Assembly: GCA_963814585.1 (NCBI GenBank) | Contig: CAWFDF010000003.1 | Location: 416,001-480,000 of the forward strand | Length of the DNA: 64,000 nucleotides | Direction of reading: 5' to 3' | DNA from: an uncultured delta proteobacterium | Lineage (GTDB): Bacteria > Myxococcota > Myxococcia > Myxococcales > Anaeromyxobacteraceae | Shown: positions 18,981-29,336 of the stretch, in pieces | Position numbering within the stretch: the stretch's first letter is position 1 | Layout of the letters: each line of letters starts with the position of its first letter | Notes under the pieces: model-generated | Seen by the model: the letters and a program-made list of their open reading frames with translations, nothing else | What the model was told of the DNA's origin: nothing | Database searches by the model: none | Program-made: the position numbers and the translations under genes

Positions 18981-20001
18981 ATGAAGAGGTTCCAGGTGGT
19001 GATGAGCGAGATGCCGGGCCACGGGCGCGGCGTCAGCGGACGCACCCTGGTCAAGTTCCTCCGCACCTACGCCGGCCTCGGCGCGGTCGGCTGCTGCTCG
19101 GCCGCCGACCTGCTGCGGGGCGCCGCGGTGAGCGCCGAGACCGTGTTCCTCGGCCTCCCCAGCCCGGTCACCGACCGCCACCTGGCCCGGCTGCGCTGCC
19201 GCCACCTGGTGCTCTTCGATCTCTTCGACCACCACTACCCGCTCTGGAGCGAGGCCAACCAGGCGCTGCTGCGGGGGGCGTCCGGCCTCTACCTGAAGGC
19301 CTGGAACGACCGGCGCTGGGACTTCGGGATCAGGATGGGGGTCGGGCCGATCCGCCGCTACGCCAAGCTGCGGGTGGCGCTGGAGCTGGGCCGGCTGCGC
19401 CGCGCCCTGGGCCGGCCCTCGCCTCGCCCATCGCTTCGACGTGCTCTTCCTCGGGGCCGCCACCGGGCGCGATCCGCGAGGCCAGGATCCGGCGCTGGTG
19501 CCCAACCAGCGAGTCCAGTGGCTGCTGGAGCTCCGCGACCACGGCCCCCGGCTGCGGCTCTGGGGCGGGCTCCTGGAGCCGACCATCTCGCCCGAGCTGC
19601 GGGCGCGGCACGGCGACCTCACGGGCTTCACGCTCCGCGAGAAGGTGCCGTTCTGGAGGTACTTCCGGGCGCTGCAGCAGAGCCGCGTGGCCCTGACGCC
19701 GGAGGGGAACGCCCCGTGGTCGTACCGGCACTACGAGGCCATCTACGCCCGTGCCCTGATCGTCACCAACGACTTCCGGCCCATCACCACGCTCATCCCG
19801 CTCCCCGACGAGGGGATGATCCACGTCGAGCCGCACCAGCCGGTGCTGCCGGCCATCGAGCGGGCCCTGGCCCTCCGGCGCGAGCGGCCGGAGGTGCTGG
19901 AGGAGAACGTCCGGTTCCTGGAGCGCTTCCTCGACCGCGGGATGTACTCCCGGAGGAGGCCCGCGCTCTGGGAGCGGTTCCTGGCCCAGCTGCCGCGCTG
20001 A
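18981..20001 (+). pseudogene. Glycosyltransferase-like gene split by a +1 frameshift near 19415-19435
   Basis: The first frame is plausible up to LRRALGRP. The +1 frame then reads AHRFDVLFLG...YFRALQQSRVALTPEGNAPWSYRHYEA, resembling a GT-B C-terminal domain. Confidence 0.6.
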
Positions 20002-20037
20002 CGCCGCGGCGCCACCCCGGGGCGCCCGGGGCTGGCG

Positions 20038-20418
20038 CTACGGCCCCGGCGGGGCGCGCAGAGCCGCCACCGCCAGCAGCACCCACCCGGCAACGAAGGC
20101 CACGCCGCCGAGCGGCGTGATGGCGCCGAGCCACCTGACCCCGGTCAGCGCCAGCGCGTACAGGCTGCCGGAGAAGAGGACGGTGCCGGCCACCAGCAGC
20201 CCCCCGCCCCAGCTGGCCGCGGCGCCGCTCCAGCGGGCGGCGGCCCAGGCGGCGGCCAGCAGGCCGAGCGCGGCGTACATCTGGTAGCGGGCGCCGGTCT
20301 CGAAGACCGCCAGCGCCTCCGGGGCGAGCCGGGCCTTGAGCCCGTGGGCGGCGAAGGCGCCGGTGCCCACGGCGACGGCGGCGGAGAGGGCGCCGGCTGC
20401 GAAGAGGAGTCGATCCAT
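20038..20418 (-). CDS. DUF423 (YgdD/TMEM256) membrane protein
   Basis: GAFAAHGL, FETGARYQMY, LFSGSLY, GAITPLGG. Confidence 0.9.
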   Translation of the reverse strand: MDRLLFAAGALSAAVAVGTGAFAAHGLKARLAPEALAVFETGARYQMYAALGLLAAAWAAARWSGAAASWGGGLLVAGTVLFSGSLYALALTGVRWLGAITPLGGVAFVAGWVLLAVAALRAPPGP

Positions 20419-20512
20419 GCGACCCATCCTAGCGGCGTCCTGCGCCAGGCGCACTCCGACCACCGCCCCGGCGCGGGCTTGCGCCAGGCCTGGCGCCGCT
20501 TATGAAGGAGGC

Positions 20513-20854
20513 ATGCCGCTCGCCGATCGCCACTGCGCCCGCTGGCCCAAGGGCCGGCCGCCGCTCACCGAGACCGAGGTGGCCGCGGCGCTCCGCGAGC
20601 TGCCGGGCTGGGCGGCGGCCGAGCGCGCCACCCGCCTGGTTCGCCGCTTCACCTTCGCCGACTTCCGCGGCGCCATGCGCTTCGTGGGCGCCATGGCCGA
20701 GCTGGCCAACGCCGAGGACCACCACCCCGACTTCGCGGTCCACTGGAACGTGGTCGAGGTGACGAGCTGGACCCACGACGCCGGTGGCCTCACCGACAAC
20801 GACCTCATCCTGGCGGCCCGCCTCGACGCCCTCCCCGAGGCCCGCCAGGCGTGA
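20513..20854 (+). CDS. phhB: Pterin-4-alpha-carbinolamine dehydratase
   Basis: EDHHPD, WTHDAGGLTDNDLILAA; AAGGAGG RBS. Confidence 0.9.
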   Translation: MPLADRHCARWPKGRPPLTETEVAAALRELPGWAAAERATRLVRRFTFADFRGAMRFVGAMAELANAEDHHPDFAVHWNVVEVTSWTHDAGGLTDNDLILAARLDALPEARQA

Positions 20855-20944
20855 GGCGCCGGCCCGGGCCGGGTCCCGGACGCCGGCGCCGGATCCCCCA
20901 CCCCGGGCTGGCGTCCGCCCCGCCCTGGCGCTACAGAGTCCGAC

Positions 20945-22147
20945 GTGCCTCGAGTCGCCACCTTCCTCGTCTTCCTCGCCGTGGCCATCGCCATCCTCGG
21001 TGGCATGCACGGCTACATCTGGCTCAGGCTGGTCCGCGACCCCTCGCTCCCCGAGCCCTGGCGCCGGGGGCTGACCTGGGTCCTGCTCGGGGCCGGGCTC
21101 CTCATCCCGCTCGGCCTCTTCGCGGCCCGGATGGCCGGGCGCGCCTGGATCCGGGTCATCCCCACTGCGGCCTTCGCCTGGATGGGGCTGGCCTTCCTGC
21201 TCTTCGCCACGCTGCTGGCCATCGACCTGGTCCGCGCCGGCGCCTGGGCCTCGGCCTGGATCTCCGACTGGTTCCGCCAGATCCCCGAGCAGCCGCCCGA
21301 TCCGTCCCGGCGGCAGTTCGTGGCCCGCGCCGTGGCGGGTGGCGCGGCGCTGGCCGCCGGCGGCGCCGGCCTGGTCGCCTATCGCGGCGCCACCGGACCG
21401 GCCGTGATCGAGGAGGTCGCCATCCGGCTGCCCTCGCTCCCGCCCACCCTCTCGGGCTTCTCCATCGCCCAGATCACCGACCTGCACGTGGGCCCGACCA
21501 TCCGCGAGTTCGAGGTGCGGCGGGTGGTGGAGCAGACCAACGCGCTCAAGCCGGATCTCATCGCCATCACCGGCGACCTCATGGACGGGACGCCGCGCGA
21601 GCTGGGCCACATCGTCGCCGAGCTGGCCAGGCTGAAGGCCCGTCACGGCGTCTACTTCGTCACCGGCAACCACGAGTACTACTCGGGCGTCGAGGCCTGG
21701 CTGGAGCTGCTGCCCCGGCTGGGCATCCGCCCGCTGCGGAACGAGCAGCTGGCCATCGGCGACGGGGGCGGCCACTTCACGCTGGCAGGCGTCGACGACT
21801 GGAGCGCCGCGCCGTTCGGCAACGGCCACGGGATGGACCTGGGGCGGGCGGTGGCCGGCCACGACGGCCAGCGGCCGCTGGTGCTGCTGGCCCACCAGCC
21901 GCGCGACTTCCAGGCCTCGCTGCGGGCCGGCGTCGACCTGCAGCTCTCCGGTCACACCCATGGGGGCCAGCTGTTCCCGTTCAACTATGCGGTCCGGGCC
22001 GTGTTCCCCTGGGTGAAGGGGCTCTACCAGGAGACCGTGGACGGGCGCCTCGGCCACATCTACGTCTCCCGCGGCACCGGCTACTGGGGTCCCCCCATGA
22101 GGCTCGGGTCGCCGCCGGAAATATCCAAGCTGATCCTGACGTCATAG
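20945..22147 (+). CDS. Membrane-anchored metallophosphoesterase (YkuE-like)
   Basis: TDLH, TGDLMD, GNHE, AHQP, SGHTHGGQ motifs; N-terminal TM helices. Confidence 0.92.
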   Translation: MPRVATFLVFLAVAIAILGGMHGYIWLRLVRDPSLPEPWRRGLTWVLLGAGLLIPLGLFAARMAGRAWIRVIPTAAFAWMGLAFLLFATLLAIDLVRAGAWASAWISDWFRQIPEQPPDPSRRQFVARAVAGGAALAAGGAGLVAYRGATGPAVIEEVAIRLPSLPPTLSGFSIAQITDLHVGPTIREFEVRRVVEQTNALKPDLIAITGDLMDGTPRELGHIVAELARLKARHGVYFVTGNHEYYSGVEAWLELLPRLGIRPLRNEQLAIGDGGGHFTLAGVDDWSAAPFGNGHGMDLGRAVAGHDGQRPLVLLAHQPRDFQASLRAGVDLQLSGHTHGGQLFPFNYAVRAVFPWVKGLYQETVDGRLGHIYVSRGTGYWGPPMRLGSPPEISKLILTS

Positions 22148-22157
22148 ATTGATGACC

Positions 22158-23045
22158 ATGTCCGGTTCGACGCTGGCCGTCGCTCTTGCGTTCGTCCTGG
22201 GGCGCGTCGCGGAACCCACGCCGCTCCCGGCCGCGCCCGCGCCCGGGGCCACGCTGGCGGCCACGCCCGCACCCGAGGCCACCCTGGCGGCCGCGCCCGC
22301 GCCCGTTCCGTGGCACCCCGAGGAGCGGATGGACTTCGAGGTCCATTACCTCGGCTTCACCATCGGCAAGTCACGCATGTCGGTGGGGCGCATCGAGGAC
22401 GGGGCCGTGCAGGTGGAGCTCGCCTCGGGCCCCGCCGGCATGACGTCGGCGCTCAGCTTCCACCAGACCCTGCAGAGCAACGTCGACCTCGCCACCCTCC
22501 TGCCCCGCTCGACGCTGCACGACGCCTCGGAGCCGGGGGGCTACAAGCACACCGACACCGCCCGCTACGACCGCGCCGCCGGCAAGGCCACGGTCCGGGA
22601 GAAGGGCCGGTTCGACAACACCTACGAGATCGAGGTGCCGCCCGACGCGCTCGACTTCGTGACCCTGGTCTTCCGCCTGCGGACGCTGCCGCTCCCCGAC
22701 GGCGCCACCCACTCCTTCCAGGTGCTGGCCGGGCGGAAGGTCAGGACCGTGGTGGCCTCGGTGGTGAAGCGCGAGCGGGTCAAGACCGACGCCGGGAAGT
22801 TCGCGGCCATCAAGGTGCGGATCCCCACCCGCTTCGACGGCAAGTTCAACGAGAAGTCCCCCACCCACGTCTGGTTCAGCGACGATGAGCGGCGCGTGCT
22901 GGTCAAGCTCAGCGTCGACTTCGCCGTCGGGTCGGGCTACGCCGAGCTGGTCCGCTACCGGCCCGGCGAGCCGGTCACCGCGCCGGCGATGGTGCCGGCG
23001 GGCGACCCGGCCTCCCCCGCGCCGGACGCCGCGCCCACGCCGTAG
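22158..23045 (+). CDS. DUF3108-like exported protein
   Basis: Signal peptide, low-complexity linker, VKTDAGKF and VWFSDDERRVLVK; start uncertain (22149-22158). Confidence 0.7.
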   Translation: MSGSTLAVALAFVLGRVAEPTPLPAAPAPGATLAATPAPEATLAAAPAPVPWHPEERMDFEVHYLGFTIGKSRMSVGRIEDGAVQVELASGPAGMTSALSFHQTLQSNVDLATLLPRSTLHDASEPGGYKHTDTARYDRAAGKATVREKGRFDNTYEIEVPPDALDFVTLVFRLRTLPLPDGATHSFQVLAGRKVRTVVASVVKRERVKTDAGKFAAIKVRIPTRFDGKFNEKSPTHVWFSDDERRVLVKLSVDFAVGSGYAELVRYRPGEPVTAPAMVPAGDPASPAPDAAPTP

Positions 23046-23097
23046 CCGGCGCGCCCCCGCTTTCTCGGCGCTCGCCGCGGCGGTACCATGCCGGCCG

Positions 23098-23238
23098 ATG
23101 AACCGCCGCGCCAGCGCCACCCTGCTCGCCGTGCTCGCCGCCGCGCTGGCCGTCACGCTCTGGCTGGTGGCGGAGCTGAGGACCGCGGCCGGCTCCGCGG
23201 GACCGCCACCGGCCACCGCTCCTGGCGCGTCGCGCTGA
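23098..23238 (+). CDS. Small membrane protein (46 aa)
   Basis: MNRRASATLLAVLAAALAVTLWLV; one TM helix, GC-rich third positions, fills the gap between genes. Confidence 0.4.
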   Translation: MNRRASATLLAVLAAALAVTLWLVAELRTAAGSAGPPPATAPGASR

Positions 23239-23254
23239 TCCGCGCCGGCTCCCC

Positions 23255-24067
<813 letters not shown>

Positions 24068-24173
24068 GGGCCCAGGATATCGTCGGTCGGACGCATTCCG
24101 TGAATCCACCGGGCGGGGGAGCGGCGTCCAAGGGGGTGAACCGGCACTCCCGGCCGGCAAGGAGCGCGAACCG

Positions 24174-24557
24174 ATGCAACTCCACGAGACCGTCGTCGCC
24201 GTCCTCATCCCGCTGGGCGCCTTCTTCATGGCCGTCGCCATCGTCGCCCTGGTGGGCTACTTCAACCACCAGGAGCGCAAGCAGCGCCACGAGACCATCC
24301 GGCTGGCGCTGGAGAAGGGCCAGACCCTCCCGGCCGAGCTGCTGGCGCCTGCCCGCGGTTCCGGCAACGAGCTCGCCCGGGGGATCCGGACCATCTTCGC
24401 GGGCCTCGGGGTGGCGGTGCTCATGTGGTTCCTTCGGCCGGATCGGTCGCTCTGGGCCATCGGCCTGCTGGTGATCCTGGTCGGCATGGGCCAGCTGGCC
24501 GCCCACGCGGTCACCACCCGGAGGCCCCGCGGCCCGACCACCGGCCCCACCGCCTGA
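24174..24557 (+). CDS. ECF-associated membrane protein (DUF6249-like)
   Basis: TM helix, RHETIRLALEKGQTLPAELL, two further TM helices; AAGGAG RBS. Confidence 0.7.
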   Translation: MQLHETVVAVLIPLGAFFMAVAIVALVGYFNHQERKQRHETIRLALEKGQTLPAELLAPARGSGNELARGIRTIFAGLGVAVLMWFLRPDRSLWAIGLLVILVGMGQLAAHAVTTRRPRGPTTGPTA

Positions 24558-24564
24558 TGACCTG

Positions 24565-25101
24565 ATGGTGAGCGCCCCGTCCGACGCCGAGCTGGCCGCG
24601 CGCGTCCTCGCCGAGGACGATCGCCGCGCCTTCGCCGAGCTGGTGCGCCGCCACCAGTCGGCGGTGCGCGGCCTGCTGCGCCGGCTCACGGGCGGGGACG
24701 CCGCGGCGGCCGACGACCTGGCGCAGCAGGTCTTCGTGACCGCCTGGCGCAAGCTCGCGACCTGGCGCGGCGGCGCCCGGCTCTCGACGTGGCTCTACCG
24801 GATCGCCTGGAACGCCTGGGCCTCCCAGGCACGGCGCGCGCCGCCGGCGGAGCCGCCGCCGCCCGAGCCGGCCCGCCCCACCGACGACGCGGTGCTCGAC
24901 CACCGCGACCTGGCCCGCGCCCTCGCGCAGCTGCGCCCCGAGGAGCGGGTGGCGCTGGCCGTCACCTACGGCCAGGAGCTGACCCACGAGGAGGCGGCCG
25001 ACCTGCTCGGCTGCCCGGTGGGCACGCTCAAGTCCAACGTGCTGCGCGGCAAGGAGAAGCTCCGGCGCCTGCTGGTGCCGGAGCCGGAGGCGACCGCATG
25101 A
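24565..25101 (+). CDS. ECF RNA polymerase sigma factor
   Basis: AFAELVRRH, DDLAQQVF, TWLYRIAWN, region 4 GTLKSNVLRGKEKL. Confidence 0.92.
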   Translation: MVSAPSDAELAARVLAEDDRRAFAELVRRHQSAVRGLLRRLTGGDAAAADDLAQQVFVTAWRKLATWRGGARLSTWLYRIAWNAWASQARRAPPAEPPPPEPARPTDDAVLDHRDLARALAQLRPEERVALAVTYGQELTHEEAADLLGCPVGTLKSNVLRGKEKLRRLLVPEPEATA

Positions 25102-25445
25102 ACCGCGACCCCATCGACCGCCTGCTGGATGACCCCACCCCGCTCCCCGACGACGGCTTCACCTCGCGCGTCATGGCGGCGCTCCCGCCCGCCCGCCCCG
25201 CCTCCCGGCGGCTCGAGTGGTGGCTGGTGGTGCTGGCGGCCGCCGTCGGCGCCGCCGCGCTGGCGCCCGAGGCCACCGCGCTGGGGCAGGCCATGGCCGA
25301 CGGCTCGGCCCGGCTCGGCGGCGGGCTGGCCAGGGCGCTGGCGGCGGGCGGCGGGGCGCTTCCGGTCGAGGCCGGGCTGCTGGCGGCGGTGGTGGCCCTC
25401 GGCGCCGCCGCGCTCGGCAGCTGGCTGGTGGCCGAGCCCGGCTAG
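25098..25445 (+). CDS. Putative membrane anti-sigma factor
   Basis: ATGA overlap with the sigma gene; LPDDGFTSRVMAALP followed by 2 TM helices. Confidence 0.7.
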   Translation: MNRDPIDRLLDDPTPLPDDGFTSRVMAALPPARPASRRLEWWLVVLAAAVGAAALAPEATALGQAMADGSARLGGGLARALAAGGGALPVEAGLLAAVVALGAAALGSWLVAEPG

Positions 25446-25615
25446 TGCCGCGCCCAGGCAAGATGACGTGACGAGAGAGCCGAGACCGAAGCGAGGCTGG
25501 CGCCGAGGAGCAGCGGAAGCGTAGCAGCGCTACGCTGAGCAGCGGACCGACGAGGCCGCCTGCCGCAGCGAGAGGATCGGCCTCGCAGGGCATCTTGCCT
25601 GGGGCGCGGCACTGG
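25442..25615. mobile_element. MITE-like element of about 170 bp with terminal inverted repeats
   Basis: CTAGTGCCGCGCCCAGGCAAGATG ... CATCTTGCCTGGGGCGCGGCACTGG; internal palindrome GCGTAGC-AGC-GCTACGC. Confidence 0.7.
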
Positions 25616-25670
25616 TGCCCGACCCACCGTCCCGCTGGCTTCCCACCGGGAGCGCGGTTAGATGGATGCC

Positions 25671-26054
25671 ATGTCCAGCGCCCTCACCGACGGCATCCGC
25701 GTCGAGGTCCGCAGCGACTTCCGCCCGGAGCGCTCCGAGCCCCGGCAGCGGCGCTGGCTCTTCAGCTACACCGTGACCATCCGCAACGAGGGGCCCGCGC
25801 CGGCGCAGCTGGTCTCGCGACGGTGGATCATCACCGACGGCGCCGGCCGGCGCGAGGAGGTCGAGGGCGAGGGCGTGGTGGGACGCCAGCCCAGGCTCGA
25901 GCCCGGACAGGCCTTCGAGTACACCAGCTTCTGCGTCCTCCCCACCAGCCACGGCTCGATGCGCGGCAGCTACCGGATGGTGCGGGAGGGCGGTGACTCC
26001 TTCGACGCCGAGATCGCGCCGTTCTCGCTGGTGGTCCCCGGCACCCTCAACTGA
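25671..26054 (+). CDS. apaG: ApaG protein
   Basis: FSYTVTIRNEG, RRWIITD, GEGVVGRQP, YTSFCVL. Confidence 0.93.
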   Translation: MSSALTDGIRVEVRSDFRPERSEPRQRRWLFSYTVTIRNEGPAPAQLVSRRWIITDGAGRREEVEGEGVVGRQPRLEPGQAFEYTSFCVLPTSHGSMRGSYRMVREGGDSFDAEIAPFSLVVPGTLN

Positions 26055-26070
26055 GCCCGGCGGCGCCTCG

Positions 26071-26886
26071 CTACCAGTACTTCTCCACGTGGATCTGGCC
26101 AGGGTGGCCCTTCGCGTGGACGGCGAACCCCTCGCCGGTGAGCAGCGCGGTCATGCCCTCGGCCATGGCCGGGCTGCCGCACAGGAAGACGTGGGTGTCC
26201 CCCGCCGTCGGCTTCCGGCCGAAGGCGCGCTCCAGCGCCCCGTCCTGCCAGAGCGACTGGACGTGCCCGGTGGCCCCGCCCCACGCGGTCGGCTCCTCCT
26301 TGGGCCGGCTCACGATGGGCAGGTAGGTGAAGTTGGGGCAGACCCGGGCCAGGGTGGTCAGCTCGCCGGTGTAGCCGAGGTCCCACGAGTGGCGCGCGCC
26401 GACCAGCACGGCGAAGCGGCGCTTCGGGTTGGCGGTGATCCCGGCCCGCAGCATGCTCATGTACGGCGCCAGGCCGGTGCCGGTGGCCACCATCACCACG
26501 TCCTGGTCGGCCGGCACCTCGGCCAGCGTGAAGAGGCCGGTGATCTTGGGCCCCAGCCAGAGACGCGCTCCCGGCTGGAGGGCGAAGAGGCGCGGCGTCA
26601 GCTCGCCGGAGCGGACCAGCGTGAGGAAGAGCTCGAGGTGCTCGCCGGGGAGCGAGGGCGAGGCGATGGAGTAGGCGCGCCGGATGAAGCGCTCGGGATC
26701 GGCCCCCGCCTCCTCCGGATCGGCGCTGGGCGTGCGCGGCGCCGAGGCCGGGAGCCCGATCACCGCGAACTGGCCGGACTGGAAGGTGGGCACCGGGCCG
26801 GACTCGGGGGCGATGCGGAGCACCATCAGCCCGGGGGCGAGATCGATGCGCTGCGTGACCACGGCGTTCAGGTCGATCTTCTTCAA
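26071..26886 (-). CDS. fpr: Ferredoxin/flavodoxin-NADP+ reductase
   Basis: RRAYSIAS, GELTPRL, ATGTGLAPY, LCGSP, C-terminal EKYW; TTG start. Confidence 0.9.
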   Translation of the reverse strand: MKKIDLNAVVTQRIDLAPGLMVLRIAPESGPVPTFQSGQFAVIGLPASAPRTPSADPEEAGADPERFIRRAYSIASPSLPGEHLELFLTLVRSGELTPRLFALQPGARLWLGPKITGLFTLAEVPADQDVVMVATGTGLAPYMSMLRAGITANPKRRFAVLVGARHSWDLGYTGELTTLARVCPNFTYLPIVSRPKEEPTAWGGATGHVQSLWQDGALERAFGRKPTAGDTHVFLCGSPAMAEGMTALLTGEGFAVHAKGHPGQIHVEKYW

Positions 26887-26924
26887 GGCGGAGTTCCTCC
26901 CAAGGGACGCACCGGGCGGCCAGG

Positions 26925-28040
26925 CTACTTGCGCAGCAGCTCGTCGAGCAGCTCCTGCTGGGTGACGATCTTCTGCCGGAGCATGATGCGCAGCAGGGCC
27001 GCGGCCACCTGCGACGGCTTCACCGGCAGCGGCACGTCCTCCTGCCCGGCCGCCAGGCGCTCCAGCGCGTCCAGCACCACGAGCTCCTTGGGCGTGAGCG
27101 GCCGTAGGCCGGCGCGCCCCTCGTCGTCGTCGTCCTGGAAGGCCACGGACGCAACCGCCGGGGGGACCGGGGCCAGGCCCCGACCGGGTCCAGGCACCGG
27201 TGTCTGCGCCGGCCTCGCCGGCGGCGGGGGCGCGGTGGCCTGCGCCGGCCTCGCCGGCGGCACGGGCGCGGTGGCCTGCGCCGGCCTCGCCGGCGGTGGG
27301 GGCGCCGGGTCCGGCGCCGGCCTCGCCGGCACGGTGGGGAAGGGGAAGGGCGTGAGGTCCAGCTCCTCGATCCGGTCACGCTGGCTGAAGCCGTCTCGAG
27401 GGACCGATCCGAACAGCTCGGCCCGCGCCTCCCTGACCGCCTCGCTGGGCGCCGCGGCGCTCCCCGCCGGGGCCTGAGGATCCCGCTCCATCTGCCTCAG
27501 GAGCAGCTCCGTCGAGCCGCCGCCGAACGGGTCGGCCAGCGGCGGCAGGAACTCGCCGCTCACCTCGTTGTCGAGGGAGATGGCCTCGAGCGGCTGCGAC
27601 TCGGCCGAGGGGTAGTGGATGCGGATGGCCTCGGCGATCTCCCGGTCGCCGCCGATGCAGACCTTCACCCGCCGGTTGGTGCGGAAGCGCAGCTCGTCGG
27701 AGAGGCCGAGGTTGGTCGGATCGGCCATCGCCACCGTGAGCGTGGTGTGATCGGCCGCCATCGGGAAGACGCTGTGGCGAACCGCGAAGTCCTTGCCGAC
27801 CAGCTTGAGCGCCGACTCCAGCGCGCGCGGCTCGAGCGAGTCCAGCCGGGCGACCTCGAACCTGAGCTTCCGGGCCAGCGCGTTGACGATGGCGGATTCG
27901 CTGGTGAGCTTGAGATCGAGCAGGGCCTGGCCGAGCCGGCCACCCCAGCGCCGCTGGTGTCCCAGCGCCGACTGGAGCATGGCCTCGTCGATCACGCCTG
28001 CCTCGATGAGCAGCTCTCCCAGCCGCTTCTTGGTCGACAT
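26925..28040 (-). CDS. MshEN/GSPII_N-domain protein with no ATPase domain
   Basis: KRLGELLIEAGVI...ALGHQ, second RLGQAL, VAMADPT; Pro-rich linker; LLRIMLRQKIVTQQEL tail. Confidence 0.8.
   Translation of the reverse strand: MSTKKRLGELLIEAGVIDEAMLQSALGHQRRWGGRLGQALLDLKLTSESAIVNALARKLRFEVARLDSLEPRALESALKLVGKDFAVRHSVFPMAADHTTLTVAMADPTNLGLSDELRFRTNRRVKVCIGGDREIAEAIRIHYPSAESQPLEAISLDNEVSGEFLPPLADPFGGGSTELLLRQMERDPQAPAGSAAAPSEAVREARAELFGSVPRDGFSQRDRIEELDLTPFPFPTVPARPAPDPAPPPPARPAQATAPVPPARPAQATAPPPPARPAQTPVPGPGRGLAPVPPAVASVAFQDDDDEGRAGLRPLTPKELVVLDALERLAAGQEDVPLPVKPSQVAAALLRIMLRQKIVTQQELLDELLRK
27205..27330. repeat. About 3.5 copies of a 36-bp coding tandem repeat (PARPAQATAPPP)
   Basis: (T/G)GCGCCGGCCTCGCCGGC at 27205, 27241, 27277 and 27313. 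Confidence 0.85.
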
Positions 28041-28141
28041 CGGGCTCAATGTAGCGCCCCACCAGGGCCGGGTCGAGTGGTCGACCCCACGCGCCACCGC
28101 CGGCCGGGCCAGCGGGATGATATCGGCGCCGGCCGGTCCCG

Positions 28142-28600
28142 CTACTTGCCGCCCTCGGCGCGGGTGGCGATGGCCAGCCGCTGCAGCCCGAGCCGGCGGG
28201 CCAGGTCCATGACCTCCACCACCCGGCCGTGCGCCACCCCCTCGTCGGCCTGGACCAGCACCAAGGTGTCGGGGTTCCTCTCCGCCGAGGCGGTGAGCAT
28301 GGACCTCAGCTCCGGCTCGTCCACCACCTTGCCCCCCACCACCACCCGGCCGTCGGAGAGGATGGCGATGGAGAGGTCGCGCGCCGCCACCGCGTCGCCC
28401 TTGCCGCCCTTCGGCAAGGTCACCTTGAAGCCGCCCTTGTCGGCCCCGGCCTCGGTGATGGCGGTGGTGGTCACCATGAAGATGATGAGCAGGACCAGGA
28501 AGATGTCGGTGAGCGGCGTGATGTTGATGTCGGCGAAGATGGCCCCGTCGCCCTCCCCCTCGCCTTCCTGGCCGCCGCCGCTCGGGCCTCCCAGCGCCAC
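28142..28600 (-). CDS. exbD: ExbD/TolR-family protein
   Basis: INITPLTDIFLVLLIIFMV, ADEGVAHGRVVEVMD. Confidence 0.88.
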   Translation of the reverse strand: MALGGPSGGGQEGEGEGDGAIFADINITPLTDIFLVLLIIFMVTTTAITEAGADKGGFKVTLPKGGKGDAVAARDLSIAILSDGRVVVGGKVVDEPELRSMLTASAERNPDTLVLVQADEGVAHGRVVEVMDLARRLGLQRLAIATRAEGGK

Positions 28601-28602
28601 GG

Positions 28603-29304
28603 TCAGCCCTCCCCGCCGGGCGCCCGGGCCGGCGCGCCGGCCCGGATGGCCGGCAGCAGCTCCTTCACCAGCTCAAGGTACTCCTCGGTGAGGAGCCGCA
28701 GCTGCAGGGTCAGCTTCTGCACGTGGGTGTTGAGCACGTTGAAGAGGACCACCGCCAGCACCGCGACGGCGATGCCGGCCGCGGTGGTGATGAGCGCCTC
28801 CGAGATGCCGGCCGACACCACCGCGAAGCCGCCCTGCCCGGTGTGCGCCATGTCGTGGAAGGCGTTCATGATGCCCACCACGGTGCCGAAGAGGCCGACG
28901 AAGGGCGCGGTGGCGCCGACGGTGCCGAGGATCCAGAGGCCGCGCCGCAGCCGCAGGTTGACCCGCTGCCGCTCCCGCTCCACCGCCGCCATCAGCCGCT
29001 CGGCGTTCGGCTCGGCAGCGGGCCGGCCCGCCAGCGATCCGCCCCTGGGCGAGAGGGCCACCAGCGCCGCCAGGAAGACCTCGGCGGCCGGCGAGGTGGA
29101 GCGCTCGCACTGGGCCCTTCCGTCGTCGAGGTCGCCGCGGAAGAGCGCGCGCCCCACCGCGTCGGCGAGCGACCGCGCCGAGTCGCCGAAGCCCCACAGG
29201 GCGATGGCTCGCTCGACCGCCGCGGCCACGGCGACGACCGAGCAGGCGATGATCACCCAGAGGGAGAGGCTCGTCTTGACGAGCTGGAGGAGGTTCTGGT
29301 CCAC
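28603..29304 (-). CDS. exbB: MotA/TolQ/ExbB-family proton channel
   Basis: APFVGLFGTVVGIM, GISEALITTAAG; GTG start after GGAG. Confidence 0.88.
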   Translation of the reverse strand: MDQNLLQLVKTSLSLWVIIACSVVAVAAAVERAIALWGFGDSARSLADAVGRALFRGDLDDGRAQCERSTSPAAEVFLAALVALSPRGGSLAGRPAAEPNAERLMAAVERERQRVNLRLRRGLWILGTVGATAPFVGLFGTVVGIMNAFHDMAHTGQGGFAVVSAGISEALITTAAGIAVAVLAVVLFNVLNTHVQKLTLQLRLLTEEYLELVKELLPAIRAGAPARAPGGEG

Positions 29305-29336
29305 GATGGCTCCGAGGCGCGGCGGTGAGGGTGATC

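Noticed and set aside
22230..22303. 30-bp coding repeats in the DUF3108-like gene
   Set aside because: Ordinary Ala/Pro linker duplication of about 2.5 copies.
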